From NCBI RefSeq assembly GCF_036365525.1, contig NC_090390.1:31292180-31356179 (forward strand): a DNA stretch of 64,000 nt, given 5' to 3'. The notes below the pieces were generated by a model. The model was not told where the DNA came from and did no database searches. It saw only the letters and a program-made list of their open reading frames with translations. Of the stretch, positions 13,450 to 26,130 are shown one piece after another. The stretch comes from Heterodontus francisci. Its lineage: Eukaryota. The translations under genes were made by a program, and so were the position numbers. Each line of letters starts with the position of its first letter. Position 1 is the stretch's first letter.

Positions 13450-14353
13450 TAGCGACCTCATGCAGACCCCCCACCAGCCAAGAATGAGGCATATGAATTT
13501 TGTCATATGAACATTGATTTTAACCTGTTGCCGGAATGAGGAAATGACTTGTTAAACAGATCAGCCGTGTCTGGAAAAAACATTTGCATACTAACAGACA
13601 GTGCTTGGAGGGACAAAGGGGCTATTCGCTGCTCCAATTTAACGCACAATGGACTTCAAGCACCAGGTATTGTGTGTAAGAGACGACATTCCAGGGTCGG
13701 CTAAGACAAGAGAATCCACAAACAGATGTGGTCAGACCAGCTAGTCACATGATTAACCTGCTTGGTAACCTGGGTTTTTCTGAATTGTACAAAGAGTTTA
13801 AACTGAGAAAGACTGTTTGCTCCTGGAGTGAGAAGACCTCTCCTGTCTGCTCCCATCTCTTTCTCACAAGCCTGTGGACTGAGTGAGGACACATGAACTT
13901 CAAGAGAGAAAAGTCTCCTACATCGAACAAGGTTTAAGAAGAATACTGGGCCCCAACGAAAAGCATGACCTACCTACAATCAAGGATTTTACAGCGAACT
14001 CGAAGAACAATAACCAAAACCATCTTCAGATATTGCTGCAAACTTTTCCACTTTATTTCTTCTGCTCTTTTCTGTCTCTATCTGCATGTGTGTATCGTGT
14101 ATGCAGGCTAGCGTGGGCGCGTTGCGTATCCTTAGGCGTTAACCGAATTAGAGTTTAAATTTAATAAAGTTCAACCTTTTTTCTTTAAACCTAAGAAAAC
14201 CTGTTTGGCTAGTTTCTTTGCCTTAGGTTAGTGAACAAGGATTCACTAAGGGGAAGCTAAAAAAAATGGTGTGTTTAAAATTAAATCCTGTTATGGTAAA
14301 ACCATGTGAAGGCTGAGAAGGAACCCTAGACCCCTTTCTCACCTGGTCATAGC
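13450..14353 (+). mobile_element. Solo LTR-like element
   Basis: Ends ...CTCACCTGGTCATAGCA, with AATAAA at 14163. The 3' end resembles the reverse complement of the start of the 43219 element. Interrupts a CR1 3' region; left end eroded. Confidence 0.65.
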
Positions 14354-14518
14354 AGTGTTAACAGGGTAAACAGTGGATGGCTGACAAGGATTCATAGACT
14401 GGATTAATTGAAAAAAAAACTGAAGGTAGAAGAAATGTTTTCACACTGAAGCTTATCAGAACATGGAATGCTTTATCGCATGTAACTATTGAGGCAGGGA
14501 TGATATCATTTAAAAAGG

Positions 14519-15247
14519 GCTGCGTTTGCTGACAACACAACCACTAGGTGGCGCAGTACTTGCACATGCGCAAATGCAGCCTCATGCACTAAAACATCAC
14601 TGTCTGCGACGTTTTTGACCGTTGCTCAATTTATCACAAAAACAAAAACAAATGAAACGCAAATCCCCAGTGGGTGCGAATGCCAACTCCCTTCCACCCC
14701 AACAGTAACCCACTCCCTCTTGCCATCACGCTTCTCTTCACCGCTGCGTCCTGCACCCATCTGCTCGCCGCTTGCTCCACGCCTCGCCATTTCTCCCCAC
14801 TCCCCTAGCCACTTCCACCCCTCTGCTTTTCTTCCCACTCCCTCTCGCTTCTGCTTCCCACACTCTCCCACTTCTGCTTCCTGCACCCTCCCGCTTCTGC
14901 TCCCCGCTCCTTCTCGCTCGCAGTCTCCCTCCTCTGCCGATCTTGTCATTCTCTCTCTCCCCAGCTTCCTCCGTGTGGGGAAGAGAAATGACAATCGTGG
15001 GAGGGAGCGGGGAGCAGAGGCAGAGCAGAGGGGGGAGAAGTGGTGAGGAAGGGAACAAGTGACGAGTAGACGCAGGACGTGATGATGTTTTCGCGCGCAT
15101 GCGCAAATTAGTGCTGGCAAGCCGGGTGCTGACATAGGCTGCACAAGCGCAGCCCCATACTGACAGCTCGGGTTGTTTTGCGCATGTGTGAAGCTGGGAG
15201 CGCTCTGATGATGTCGGCGCTGGGCTGCGTTGTCAAGAGTCACTTTG
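14519..15247. mobile_element. Unclassified CpG-rich insertion with a 10-bp TSD and subterminal inverted repeats
   Basis: TTTAAAAAGG at 14509-14518 and 15248-15257. TGACAACACAACC (14530) versus GGCTGCGTTGTCA (ending 15235). The CR1 is continuous on both sides. Confidence 0.7.
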
Positions 15248-15409
15248 TTTAAAAAGGAATTGGTTAAGCATTTGGAAAGGATATATACAATAAGGGGAAA
15301 GAGCAAGGAAATGGGTTTATAGTAGATTGTTGAATTTGAAGAGCTAGCTCGAGCACAAGCCTTTTGGGCTGAATGGTGTCCTTGTGTCTTAAAATGTCTC
15401 TGATTTGTG

Positions 15410-16570
15410 AGCAATAATGAAAGCGCACAGAATTGGTGGCAACCTTGGAAAATGGATTGGAAATTGGTTGGGAGGTAGGAGACAGAGAGTAGGGATCAAG
15501 GGTTCAAAGAACAAAGAACAAAGAAAATTACAGCACAGGAACAGGCCCTTCGGCCCTCCAAGCCTGCGCCGATCCAGATCCTCTATCTAAACATGTCGCC
15601 TATTTTCTAAGGGTCTGTATCTCTTTGCTTCCTGCCCATTCATGTATCTGTCTAGATACATCTTAAAAGACGCTATCGTGCCCGTATCTACCACCTCCGC
15701 TGGCAACGCGTTCCAGGCACCCACCACCCTCTGCGTAAAGAACTTTCCACGCATATCCCCTCTAAACTTTTCCCCTCTCACTTTGAACTCGTGACCCCTA
15801 GTAATTGAACCCCCACTCTGGGAAAAAGCTTCTTGCTATCCACCCTGTCTATACCTCTCATGATTTTGTACATACTCTGATGGCAGGATGTGATTAGTAG
15901 TATTCCCAGGGATCTGTACTGGGGCCTCAGCTTTTCAGCATATTTATCAATGATGTGGATGAAGGAATCAAGAGTTGTATTTCCAACGTTGCAGATGGGA
16001 GGTACAGTAAATAGTGCAGATGAGAGCAGGAAGCTGCAAATGGACATATACAGATTAAAGGAGTAGACAAAACTGTGACAAATAAGGTTCACTATAGGGA
16101 AGTCTGAGGTCATCCACTTTGGAGCCATGGAAGATTAATCAGAGTATTTTCTAAATTTGAGAAACTGGGAGCTGCAGAGGAGCAAAGTGCTGTGGGTGTT
16201 CAGGTACACAGATCGCTAAAAGCTCCAGGTACAAAAGACAATTGAGGAGGTTAATGGAAGGTCAGGCTTTATCTCAAAGTGTTGGAATACAAAGTATACT
16301 CCAGTTGTCTCCAGCCTTTGTCAGACCCCATCTGAAGTGCTACATTCAGTTCTGGGAAGTGCACCTCAGTGAGGATATATTGACCCTGAAGGATATGCAG
16401 CTTTATACCAGGGCTTAGAGAGTTAAATTATGAAAAAAGGTTGCATAAACTTGGCCTGTAGAAGATTGAGGGGTGATCTAATGGAGTTATTGAAAATGAT
16501 AACAAGGATTCAATAGGATAGATAAACAGAAATGATTTCCTCTGCTGGAGGAATCCAGAACAAGGGCAAG
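15410..16570 (+). mobile_element. Degenerate CR1 RT/3' fragment
   Basis: PQGSVLGP-like and HLKCYIQFW-like remnants. Contains a younger antisense CR1 fragment. Confidence 0.75.
15505..15875 (-). mobile_element. CR1 3' fragment
   Basis: RGEKFRGDMRGKFFTQRVVGAWNALP, a gggccgaagggcctg-type tail, and a (CAAAGAA)n tail repeat on the plus strand. Confidence 0.88.
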
Positions 16571-16819
16571 GCAAGTGTTTGTGTTCCTGGCTCACCACAC
16601 ACCAAGCACTTAATCACAGCAAGGAAGGTGTCATAGTTTTCAACAGAGAAGGAGGGTCACGAGCCATTTATAGAGCAGGATTGGCACAGTGTATAGAGTA
16701 GGTTGTAGGATACACAGTTATAATGCATAGCATTGGAAATCTACAAGAGGAAAAGGGAAAACTATATTGTCACAGAAGAGATAACACGAGCAAACAATTT
16801 TTCAAACAAATTAACATAC

Positions 16820-16908
16820 CAAAGGCAGGTCTGCTATTGGACCGGTGCAATCAGCACGGCCTGCACCAATCTGATAATAGCTTGTAGATACGACAGTTGG
16901 TTTTGAAT
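16820..16908 (-). CDS. ASAH2: Neutral ceramidase, second coding exon (89 bp)
   Basis: tttcag|ATTCAAAACC...CCTTTG|gtatgt. Read in phase 1 it gives (D)SKPTVVSTSYYQIGAGRADCTGPIADLPL, containing the Y-x-IGxGRADCTG start of the ceramidase domain. Joins in frame to both flanking exons. Absent from the ORF track. Confidence 0.95.
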
Positions 16909-17566
16909 CTGAAACACAAGACAAGGAATTTAAAAGGGACATAAAAGACAGTGGATGTTAATGTCTGTAAAAACTCTGAATCCTGATAAGTTTTCTAAGA
17001 AGTTCACATTGCAACCCAGTACTGTGCAATACCCAGATACCTTACAGATCTTTTGAATCATATTTTGTCACCAATTTGTGAATATACCTGACAGAAAAGG
17101 GAAAATAGCAAGGACAAATATCTGAGCATTTAAATACAACTTTATAAAGGATTTGATGTGTGTTTCTACCCAGGAGGTTCTGCACAAACTTCCTCTGGCA
17201 ACATTGATATGCTGCCAGTTTTCACTCATGGCTGGAGGAGCAGAAAGAGCAACAGCAGCAAGAGAGGGGAGATGCACAGCTGCAGGAAGAGAGGATGAAG
17301 AAGGGGAGATGTCCCAGGAAACCATGTGAACTTACAGGAGCAAAACATTATACCTGCAGTTGGTGAGCAGTGTGTGTGTGGGGGTGGGGGTGGGGGTGGG
17401 AAGCTGCAAGAAATTTATGGCACTCACAGCACCAGCTGCAGCCTGTAACCCAGAATTTCTACAGTTCAGGGTCATTCTGGCCACTGTAGGTGACACAAGC
17501 TACATTAGTCAATTTGCGATGCATTCCTCCATCAAGCAGGTCACAAATGGAGCTCAAGGACTCTTT

Positions 17567-18390
17567 GGGCTGAATTTTATAGAGCCCTCCACATCTTGAA
17601 TGGTGGCGGGGGGCAAGACGATTGCTCCAGATGAGGCCCGCCACCGACCTTGACCCCAGCAGGGCCTGTCTTGATCTCAGCGGCGGCAGCGAGGCCTCGT
17701 GATGGCCCCCGCACCACTTGGTGATGGGATCTGCATTGCATTATGCAGATGGGCACTTACCATTCATTAACACACCGGCCGCTGCAAGTCAGACAGCTGG
17801 TTGAGATCTTCATCCTGGTGGCCGGCATTGACGGATCCCCATTGGGGAAATGAGGCGCGACTCCTGTGGGGCGGGGGGAGGAGGTACTTTTCTCAGTACG
17901 GGAGGGTGGGAGCGAGGTCAAATTCTTTGGATTGGTTGAGGGGATGGTGGGAAGAGGTTGAGGGTTAGAGTTTGTGAACTTTGGTGGGGGGGAGGGGAAG
18001 GTCACATAGTCAAGGTAAGTATTTTGGGGGGGTGAGTGGGCAAGGAATTAAACGTAAGGCTATTGGGGAGGTGGGAGGGAGATGTAAAGATTTTTAAAAT
18101 CATTTTTAAGACTTTTAAATGAAATTTGCCTTTAAGATTTGAAATGGTCATATGGGGCTGTAAACCCTTTAAAGATGGCACCTGTGCCTGCGCAGTGGCA
18201 CTGAACACCGTTACCAGGGACAGCTCACCCACCCCCTCCAAGTTATTGTGGGGGAGTGATCACCCCGGACTTGTTAATGAACTGCTGCGTTTAAGATTGT
18301 GGCCGCTCCACGGAGTGAATGCCACACTTGCGGGCCACCATCTTTTATGGTTGCTGTCAAGTACGGTGGTGGCCACATAAAATCCAGCCC
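17567..18390. mobile_element. Non-autonomous DNA transposon (MITE, probably Harbinger-type)
   Basis: TIRs GGGCTGAATTTTAT and ATAAAATCCAGCCC (13/14 match). 3-bp flanks ttt/tct. Inserted in the L2; no ORF. Confidence 0.75.
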
Positions 18391-18469
18391 TCTGTCACTA
18401 AGATTGAGACTATCCATACAGCTGCTTCTGCCACTTCACTCCCTTTCCCTAGACCACTGGGCCAAATAT

Positions 18470-18790
18470 CATAGAGTCATAGATACAGCACCAAAACAGG
18501 CACTTCAGCCCACTGAGTCCATGCCAACCATCAACCACCCATTTATACTAATCCTACATTAATCCCATATTACCTCTCACATCCCCTCAATTGTCCTACC
18601 ACCTACCTACACTAGGGGCAATTTTTTTTTTACAATGGCCAATTTACCTATCAGCCTGCAAGCCTTTGGCATGTGGGAGGAAACCCACATGGTCACAGGG
18701 AGAACTTGCAAACTCCGCACAGGCAGAACCCAGAACGAAACCTGGGTCGCTGGAGCTGTGAGGCTGCGGTGCTAACCACTGCGCCATCCT
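18470..18790 (-). mobile_element. tRNA-derived SINE (HE1/V-SINE type), internally deleted
   Basis: A-box TGGCGCAGTGG on the minus strand, and a body and CR1-like tail shared with the other four copies. Confidence 0.85.
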
Positions 18791-18851
18791 CTAAGGTTCC
18801 CCTCCCCATCCTAACCCTGAACTCTCATCTTTCTCTAGTTTCTCTCCTATC

Positions 18852-20943
18852 ATAGAAACATAGAAAATAGGAGCAGGAGTAGGCCATTTGGCCCTTCGAG
18901 CCTGCCCCACCATTCATTATGTTCATGGCTGATCATCCAACTCAGTAGCCTGTTCTGGCTTTCGCCCCATACCCTTTGATCCCTTTAGACCCAAGAGCTA
19001 TATCTAACTCTTTCTTGAAAACATTCAATGTTTTGGCCTCAACTGCTTTCTGTGGTAGCGAATTCCACAGGCTCACCACACTCTGGGTGAAGATATTTCT
19101 CCTCATCTAAGTCCTGAAAGGTTTACCCTGTATCCTTAGACTATGACCCCTGGTCTGGACTCCCCCACCATCGGGAACATCCTTCCTGCATCTACTCTGT
19201 CAAGTCCTGTTTTTAGAATTTTATAGATTTCTATGAAATCCTCACTCTTCTGAACTCCAGCGAATATAATCCTAACTGACTCTATCTCTCCTAATAACTC
19301 AGTCCTGCCATCCCAGGAATCAGTCTGATAAACCTTTGCTGCACTCCCTCTATAGCAAGAATATGCTTCCTCAGATAAGAAGACCAAAACTGCACACAAT
19401 ATTCCAGGTGTGGCCTCACCAAGGCCCTGTATAATTGCAGCAAGACAACCCTGCTCCTGTACTCGAATCCTCTCGCTATGAAGGCCAACATACCATTTGC
19501 CTTTTTTTCTGCCTGTTGGACCTGCATGCTTACCTTCAGCAACTGGTGGATGAGAACACCCAGGTCTCGCTGCATATTCCCCTCTCTCAGTTTATAGCCT
19601 TTCAGATAATAATCTGCCTTCCTGTTTTTGCTACCAATGTGGATAACCTCACATTTATCCACATTATACTGCATCTGCCATGCATTAGCCCACTCACTCA
19701 ACTTGTCCAAATCACCCTGAAGCCTCTCTGCATCTTCTTCACAACTCACCCTCCCACCCAGTTTTGTGTCATCTGCAAATTTGGAGATATTACATTTAGT
19801 TCCCTCATCTAAATCATTAATGTATATTGTGAATAGCTGAGTTCCTAGCACCGATCCCTGCGGTACCCCACTGGCCACTGCCTGCCATTCAGAAAAAGAC
19901 CCATTTATCCCGACTCTTTCTTTCCTGTCCGCCAACCAATTTTCTATCCATCGCAATACACTACCCCCAATCCCATGCGCTTTAATTTTACATGCTAATC
20001 TCCTATGTGGGACTTTGTCGAAAGCCTTCTGAAAGTCCAAATAAACCACATCCACTGGCTCCCCCTCATCAACTCTACTAGTTACATCCTCGAAGAATTC
20101 TAGTAGATTTGGCAAGCATGATTTCCCTTTCGTAAATCCATGCTGACTCCGTCTGATTCTGCCACTGTTCTCCAAGTGCTCTGCTATAAAATCTTTGATA
20201 ATGGACTCTAGAATTTTCCCCATTACCGACGTCAGGCTGACTGGTCTATAATTCCCTGCTTTCTCTCTACCTCCCTTTTTAAATCGTGGGGTTACGTTAG
20301 CTACCGTCCAATCTGTAGGAACTGTTCCAGAGTCGATAGAATCTTGGAAGATGACCACCACTGCATCCACTATTTCTAGGGCCACTTCCTTAAGTACTCT
20401 GGGATGCATACCATCAGGCCCTGGGGATTTATCAGCCTTCAATCCCATCAATTTCCCCAACACCATTTCTCTACTAATACTGATTTCTCTCTCACTAAGC
20501 CCTGTGTTCCCCAACATTTCTGGTATGATATTTGTGTCCTCCTTTGTGAAGACAGAACCAAAGTATGCATTTAGTTGGTCAGCCATTTCTTTATTCCCCA
20601 TAATAAATTCCCGTTTCTGACTGTAAGGGACTTACATTTGTCTTCACCAATCTTTTTCTCTTCACATACCTATAGAAACTTTTACAGTCAGTTTTTATGT
20701 TCCCCACAAGCTTACTCTTGTACCTTATATTCCCCTTCTTAATCAATCCCTTGGTCCTCCTTTGCCAAATTCTAAACTGCTCCCAATCCTCAGGTCTGTT
20801 GTTTTTCCTGGCAAATTTATATGCATCTTCCTTGGATCTAATGCTATCTCTAATTTCCTTTGTAAGCCATGGTTTGGCTACCTTTCCCGTTTTACTTTTG
20901 TGCCAGACAGGGATAAACAATTGTTGCAGTTCATCCATGTGCT
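18852..20943 (-). mobile_element. CR1 LINE, 5'-truncated, RT domain largely intact
   Basis: ORF 19291-20601 has GNYRPVSLTS, QHGF, PQGSVLG and KFADDTKLGG. CTATC duplicated at 18847-18851 and 20944-20948. Tail (CATAGAAA)n on the plus strand. Confidence 0.93.
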
Positions 20944-21304
20944 CTATCGCCCCTCACGCCTTCTCCAAGTCCTTCTTGTCCATGAGACCAGCCTCCTGCT
21001 CCCTTGACCCTATTCCCACTTAACTACTGACCATCCAACTTCCCATCCAGGCCCCCATGTTAGCTGACATTGTTAATGGCTCTCTCTTTTCAGGTGTTGT
21101 CCCTCTCTCCTTAAAGTCTGCCATCATCACCCCTCTCCTCAAAAAAACCCTTGACCTCACTGTCCTTGCAAACTATCACCCCATCTCCAAACTCCCCTTC
21201 CTCTCCAAAACCCTTGAATGTGCTATCACCTCCCAAATCCATGCCAATCCTTAATGGAACGCCATGTTTGAATCCCTCCAATCAGATTTCTTCCCTGCCA
21301 CAGT

Positions 21305-21638
21305 CATAGAGATACAGCACTGAAACAGGCCCTTCGGCCCACCGAGCCTGTGCTGACCATCAACCACCCATTTATACTAATCCTACATTAATCCCATATT
21401 CCCTCCCACATCCCCACCTTCCCTCAATTCTCCTACCTACACTCGGGGCAATTTACAATGGCCAATTTACCTATCAACCTGCAAGTCTTTGGCTGTGGGA
21501 AGAAACCAGAGCACCTGGTAGAAACCCACACAGTCACAGGGAGAACTTGCAAACTCCACACAGGCAGTACCCAGAACTGAACCCGGGTCGCTGGAGTTGT
21601 GAAGCTGCGGTGCTAACCATTGCACCACTGTGCCACCC
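21305..21638 (-). mobile_element. HE1/V-SINE-type SINE
   Basis: Full length, with A/B boxes on the minus strand and a CAGT duplication in the L2 host. Confidence 0.88.
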
Positions 21639-22214
21639 CAGTATCAAAACAACTGTTATCAAAGTCACACATGACATCTTATGTGACTGTAGCAAAGGTA
21701 AACTATTCCTCCTCGTCCTTCTCGACCTGTCTGCAGCTTTTGACATGGTTGACCACACCATCCTCCTCCAGTGTGTTTCCACCATAGTCCAGCTAAGTGG
21801 GACTGCACTTTCCATGTTCCATTCTTATCTATGCAGTTGTAGCCAGACAATCATCTGCAATGATTTCTATTCCTGCTCGCACATAGTTACTCTGGTGTTC
21901 CCCAAGAATCTATCCTTGGCTCCTTCCTATTTCTTATCTACATGCTGCTCTTTGGCGCCATTATCCGAAAACACAGCATTAGGTTCCACTTGTACGCCGA
22001 TGAAACCCGACTCTGGCTCATCACCACTTTTCAACCCCTCCACTGTCTCCAAATCATCTGACTGATTCTGGATAACTGGATGAGCGGAAATTTCCTCCAA
22101 CTAAGTATTGAGAAAAACAAAGTCATTGGGCCCAATTTTAACTCTGTGTAAGTGGATGGGTTTTGAATGAGTTAAAATCTCACCAAATGTCTCAGTCCCT
22201 GCCATGAACTCTGT

Positions 22215-22570
22215 TTCCTTTATTCTTACATGGGATGTGGGCGTCGCTGGCTGGGCCTGCATTTGCCCATCCCTAATTGCCCTCGAGAAGGTGGTAGTGA
22301 GCCGTCTTCTTGAACCGATGCAGTCCATGTGGTGTTGGTGCATCAACAGTGCTGGAAGGGAGTTCCAGGTCTTTGACCCAGCAACAGTGAAGGAACAGCG
22401 ATATGGTTCCAAGTCAGGATGGTGTGTGGCTTGGAGAGGAACTTGCTGGTGCTGGTGGCCCATGCATCTGCTGCCCTTGTCCTTCTAAGTGGAACAGGTC
22501 GAGGGATTGGAAGGTGCCTTCAGAGGAGGTTTGGCATGTTGCTGCAGTGCATCTTTTAGATGGCACAGAA
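22215..22570 (-). mobile_element. 3' tail fragment of the LINE family at 26445-29975
   Basis: Reverse complement matches 29640-29965 (..caccaccttctcgagggcaattagggatgggc..gcccacatccc). Confidence 0.8.
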
Positions 22571-22924
22571 ATGGTTCCCAAGACACTAACTCCATTCCTC
22601 TCCCTGGCAACTGTGAGGCTGAACTAGACTGCCCTCAATCTTGGTGTAATATATGGCCCAGACATGAGGTTTCAACCAAACCTCTCCACCATCATGAAAA
22701 CTGCCTATTTTCATTTCTGTAATATTGCCCCACTACGCCCCTGCAACAGCTCTTCTGCTGCCGAAACCTTCATTCATGCCTTTGTTAGCTCTAGAATTGA
22801 CTATTCCAACACACTCCTGGCCGACCTCCCATCCTCCACCCGCCTTAAACTTACAGTTATCCAAAACTCTGCTGCCCGTATCCCAACTCACACCATGTCT
22901 CAATCACCCATTATATTATTGTTG

Positions 22925-23370
22925 GGAATGGTGACATTGTGGTTATGTTCCTGGATTAATAATCAGAGACATGAGTTCAAATCCCCCAATAATAGCTGGG
23001 GAGTTTAACTTCAGTAAATTAAATAAATCTGGAATAAAAAACTTGTATTAGGAATGGTGATCACAAAACTACTGGATTGTTGTAAAAACCCATCTGGTTC
23101 ATTAATGTTCTTTAAGGAAGGAAATCTGCCAAATTACCTGATCTGGCCTTCATGTGACTCCAAACCCATGAGATGTGGTTAACTTTGAAATGGCCTAGCA
23201 AGCCACTCCATTGTTTCAAACTACTATGAAAATGTCTTTCCCCGCACCACGTGGACTGTAGTGGTTCAAGAAGGTGGCTCACCACCACCTTCTCAAAGGT
23301 ACTGAGGGACTGGCAGTAAGTGCTGGCCTTACCAGCGATGCCCACATCCCATTAACAAATAAAAAAGAAA
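22925..23370 (+). mobile_element. tRNA-derived SINE with a 3' tail shared with the 26445-29975 LINE
   Basis: B-box-like GAGTTCAAATCCC at 22973. The 3' end ggttcaagaaggtggctcaccaccaccttctcaa..cagcgatgcccacatccc matches the LINE tail. Confidence 0.75.
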
Positions 23371-23759
23371 CCATGCTTGCTGATTAGTTTCCAGTTAAAC
23401 AATGCCTCTATTTTAAAATTCTCATCCTTGTTTTCAAATCTCTCCATGGTTTCATCTCTCCCTTTCTCCGTAATCTCCTCCAGCCCCATACCCCTCCAAG
23501 ATATCGGCGCTCCTCCAATTCTGGCCTAGGCCCTAAGCTTTGGAATTCCTCCCGTTCCTCCTTTAAGATGCTCCCTAAAACATGCATCACCGACCAAGAT
23601 TTTAGTCATCTGTTGTAATATCTGCTTTTGTGGATCGGTGTCAAATCTTGTTTAATAATGCTCCTGTGAAGCGCCTTGGGAGGTTTTACTATGTTAAATG
23701 CACTAGGAATGCAAGTTGTTGTTGTTGATGTGTTCTTCACCAAAGCAAATAATTTCATT

Positions 23760-24204
23760 TGAGGCGTCAGTTGGTAGCACTCTCACCTTTGTCAGAAGGT
23801 TGTGGTTTCAAATCCCACTGCAGAGATTTGAGCACATAACCAAGGCTGACAGTCCAACACAAGACTGAGAACTGTTGCATTGTCAGAGGTCTTTCACATT
23901 AGACATTGCACAAAGGTTCCGTCTGCCCTCTCAGGTGAACAGAAAAGATCCCTCGGAACTATTTGAAGAGGAGCAGGGGAGTTATTCCCAGTGTCCTGAC
24001 CAATACTTATCCCTCAATCAACTTAACTAAAATGGATTTTCTGCTCACTTATCTCATTACTTTTATGGGATCTTGCTGTGTGTGTTTTCTCTATTACAAC
24101 AATGACTACACTTCAAAAGTATTTCATTGGCTGTAGAACACTTTGAGACATCCTGAGGTTGTGAAAGACGTTATATAATTACAAGTTCTGTTTTTCTTCC
24201 TTTC
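23760..24204 (+). mobile_element. Deu-domain SINE (SacSINE1/AmnSINE1-related)
   Basis: tRNA head (gtcagttggtagcact..ggtttcaaatccc), central ccgtctgccctctcaggtg..aaagatccc..gaagaggagcagggg..tgtcctgaccaa, and an L2-like tail. TTCAT duplicated at the flanks. Confidence 0.75.
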
Positions 24205-24483
24205 TTCATCTTCTCTGTGGAAATAGCAAAACAGAAAGACAGGGTGGTGGTGGGGGGGTGGTGCCAGGATCGCAGGCTTCCCCAGGTGCAGGGCATAATT
24301 GACTGCATAGAGTATTCAAATGAAATCCCCCGTGTATTCACAAAAGCCTTCTGCTTGCTGAATGTGCAGCTGGTGTGCAACGGCAGGAAATGCAGCATTC
24401 CTGTCTGTGCCCAGTTTCCACGCAGTGGTCACGATGCCTTCCTCCTCCAACTCTCAATTCCCCCTCTATTCCATTCAGACTAC

Positions 24484-25170
24484 TGTTATGAAGGTGCTTC
24501 TTTTTTTTTTGTTAAAATATTTTTTCAGGCATTCATAGTCAAACTGAATAAATGTTGGACCAGTTTTTTTTCCAAGAGGGTAATCAAGAGGGCAGTGAAG
24601 GAACCAGTTTGGCAACAATGTATACTGGTTGTCACATGACTCAAATTAAAAATAGAACAGAAACTCTGGTAACAGGGGGAGAAGTGGGCAAAGAAGTCAG
24701 TCACATCCCCCTCGATTGGACAAACCAGGAGCTGCACAGCGCACCTGAGAGAGCAGAAAACTTACAGGCTTTTGGTTGTAGCAGTCAGAGTGTATTTTAC
24801 CTTCTGGAGTGAGCGGCTGATAAAGTTAACCTGCTGCTAAAAAAGTGAAGGAAGGAGAGAAGACCATAACCCAGCTCGCTTTCCAGCATCTCTAAAAGAC
24901 TCTGAGAAGTCCACTGTGTCAATTCATCTCATCTCCTATCTTTGAAGAAAGCATGCTAAATTAGTTCTCAACACCACGTGAAAAGAACTGTTCTAAAAGA
25001 GCCAAGCGACCTATCTATGTGTACTTAGAGGCTAGACTGTATGCCAGTTTTGGAACAACATATCTCATCTGTTGTTTTCTTCAAGAATGAGTGAATAATC
25101 AGCCCAAGTGTTTTTTGTCTGTGACAGAGTTCTGAATTAAAAAAATCCCTTTTATTATTTAGCTTAACTG

Positions 25171-25210
<40 letters not shown>

Positions 25211-25449
25211 GGGTTAAGGTAAAAAGGGAGCTTTAAAAATGTAAATCTGTGTGTTTATGCGTTACTTCATTACTAGTTAAGACTTGTTCTATAATAAACT
25301 GATAATTTTGTTGTTCATTAAAGAAACCTGGTTGGGGTGTTCTATTCTGGGAAAAATAGAGTATATGATTGACTGTATTAGTAAGTGGGAAAATTATGGA
25401 GAAGTGGAACTACAATAAACGGTGCACTCCTCCCATCTCAGTCGTAAGA
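24484..25449 (+). mobile_element. Solo LTR-like element inside the Harbinger relic
   Basis: TGTTATGA...TCGTAAGA. CTAC duplicated at 24480-24483 and 25450-25453. AATAAA near 25293 and (TG)n(AG)n at 25171-25208. The 3' end resembles the reverse complement of the 7387 and 49163 starts. Confidence 0.8.
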
Positions 25450-25789
25450 CTACCACATGACAGGCTGACTGCTTGGGAACAAGGAGTAAGCCCTGAATAT
25501 GGGACTTATATGGGACTTGTCAGGAACCTGCTCACAGATGTGGATGAGTGCGACAATCAGAACCACACTTCTATCAGTGCTCTAATTGAGCAAACCATCA
25601 GTATTCTGAAGCAGAGGTTTTGCTGCTTGGATCAGTCCAGAGATTTCCTACAATGCAGTCCTGAGTGAGTCTCCAGAGTCATCGTTATTTGCTGCATGCT
25701 CCAAAATTTTGCCCTGAAAAAAAAGGCAAATCCTTGGAGCAACCTGCGGAGTTGCAGTAGCAGGAAGAACAGAAGGAAATCAAGGGGTT

Positions 25790-26130
25790 AGGGCGGCACA
25801 GTGGCGCAGTGGTTAGCACCGCAACTTCATAGATCCAGCAACCCAGGTTCAGTTCTGGGTACTGTCTGTGCAGAGTTTGCAAGTTCTCCCTATGACCGTG
25901 TGGGTTTCTACCAGGTGCTCCGGTTTCCTCTCTCAGCCAAAGACTTGCAAGTTGATAGGTAAATTGGCCATTGTAAATTGCCCCTAGTGTAGGTAGGTGG
26001 TAGGAGAATGGTGGGGATGTGGTAGGGAATATGGGATTAATGTAGGATTAGTATAAATGGGTGGTTGATGGTCGGCACAGACTTGATGCGCTGAAGGGCC
26101 TGTTTCAGTGCTGTATTGTTCTCTATGATG
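25790..26130 (+). mobile_element. HE1/V-SINE-type SINE
   Basis: GGGCGGCACAGTGGCGCAGTGGTTAGCAC A-box, GGTTCAGTTCT B-box, and CR1-like tail gaagggcctgtttcagtgctgta. Confidence 0.9.

Larger units (their letters stand above)
10600..15405 (+). mobile_element. Old degenerate CR1 LINE with two nested inserts
   Basis: YDVIALVETW, KKGGAMAW, ESQH and DFQKALDKV-like remnants. The 3' region continues across the inserts at 13450-14353 and 14519-15247. Confidence 0.8.
17550..23727 (+). mobile_element. L2 LINE, fragmented by nested insertions
   Basis: SCSLDPIPT, NGSLFSGVVP..KSAIITPLLKK, NYHPISKLPFLSK, LLDLSAAFDMVDH, HAFVSSRIDYSN and IQNSAAR. 3' tail ...gcaagttgttgttgttg. ATG duplicated at 17547-17549 and 23728-23730. 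Confidence 0.88.

Noticed and set aside
14615-15414. Overlapping 96-262 aa ORFs
   Set aside because: Low-complexity purine/pyrimidine tracts that lack stops; no domain recognised.
24217-25668. Domesticated HARBI1 gene
   Set aside because: Frameshifts, stops and several TE insertions show neutral decay.
25790-25870. tRNA genes at SINE heads (also at 37373 and 23760)
   Set aside because: A/B boxes run straight into SINE bodies and LINE-like tails, with no complete cloverleaf.
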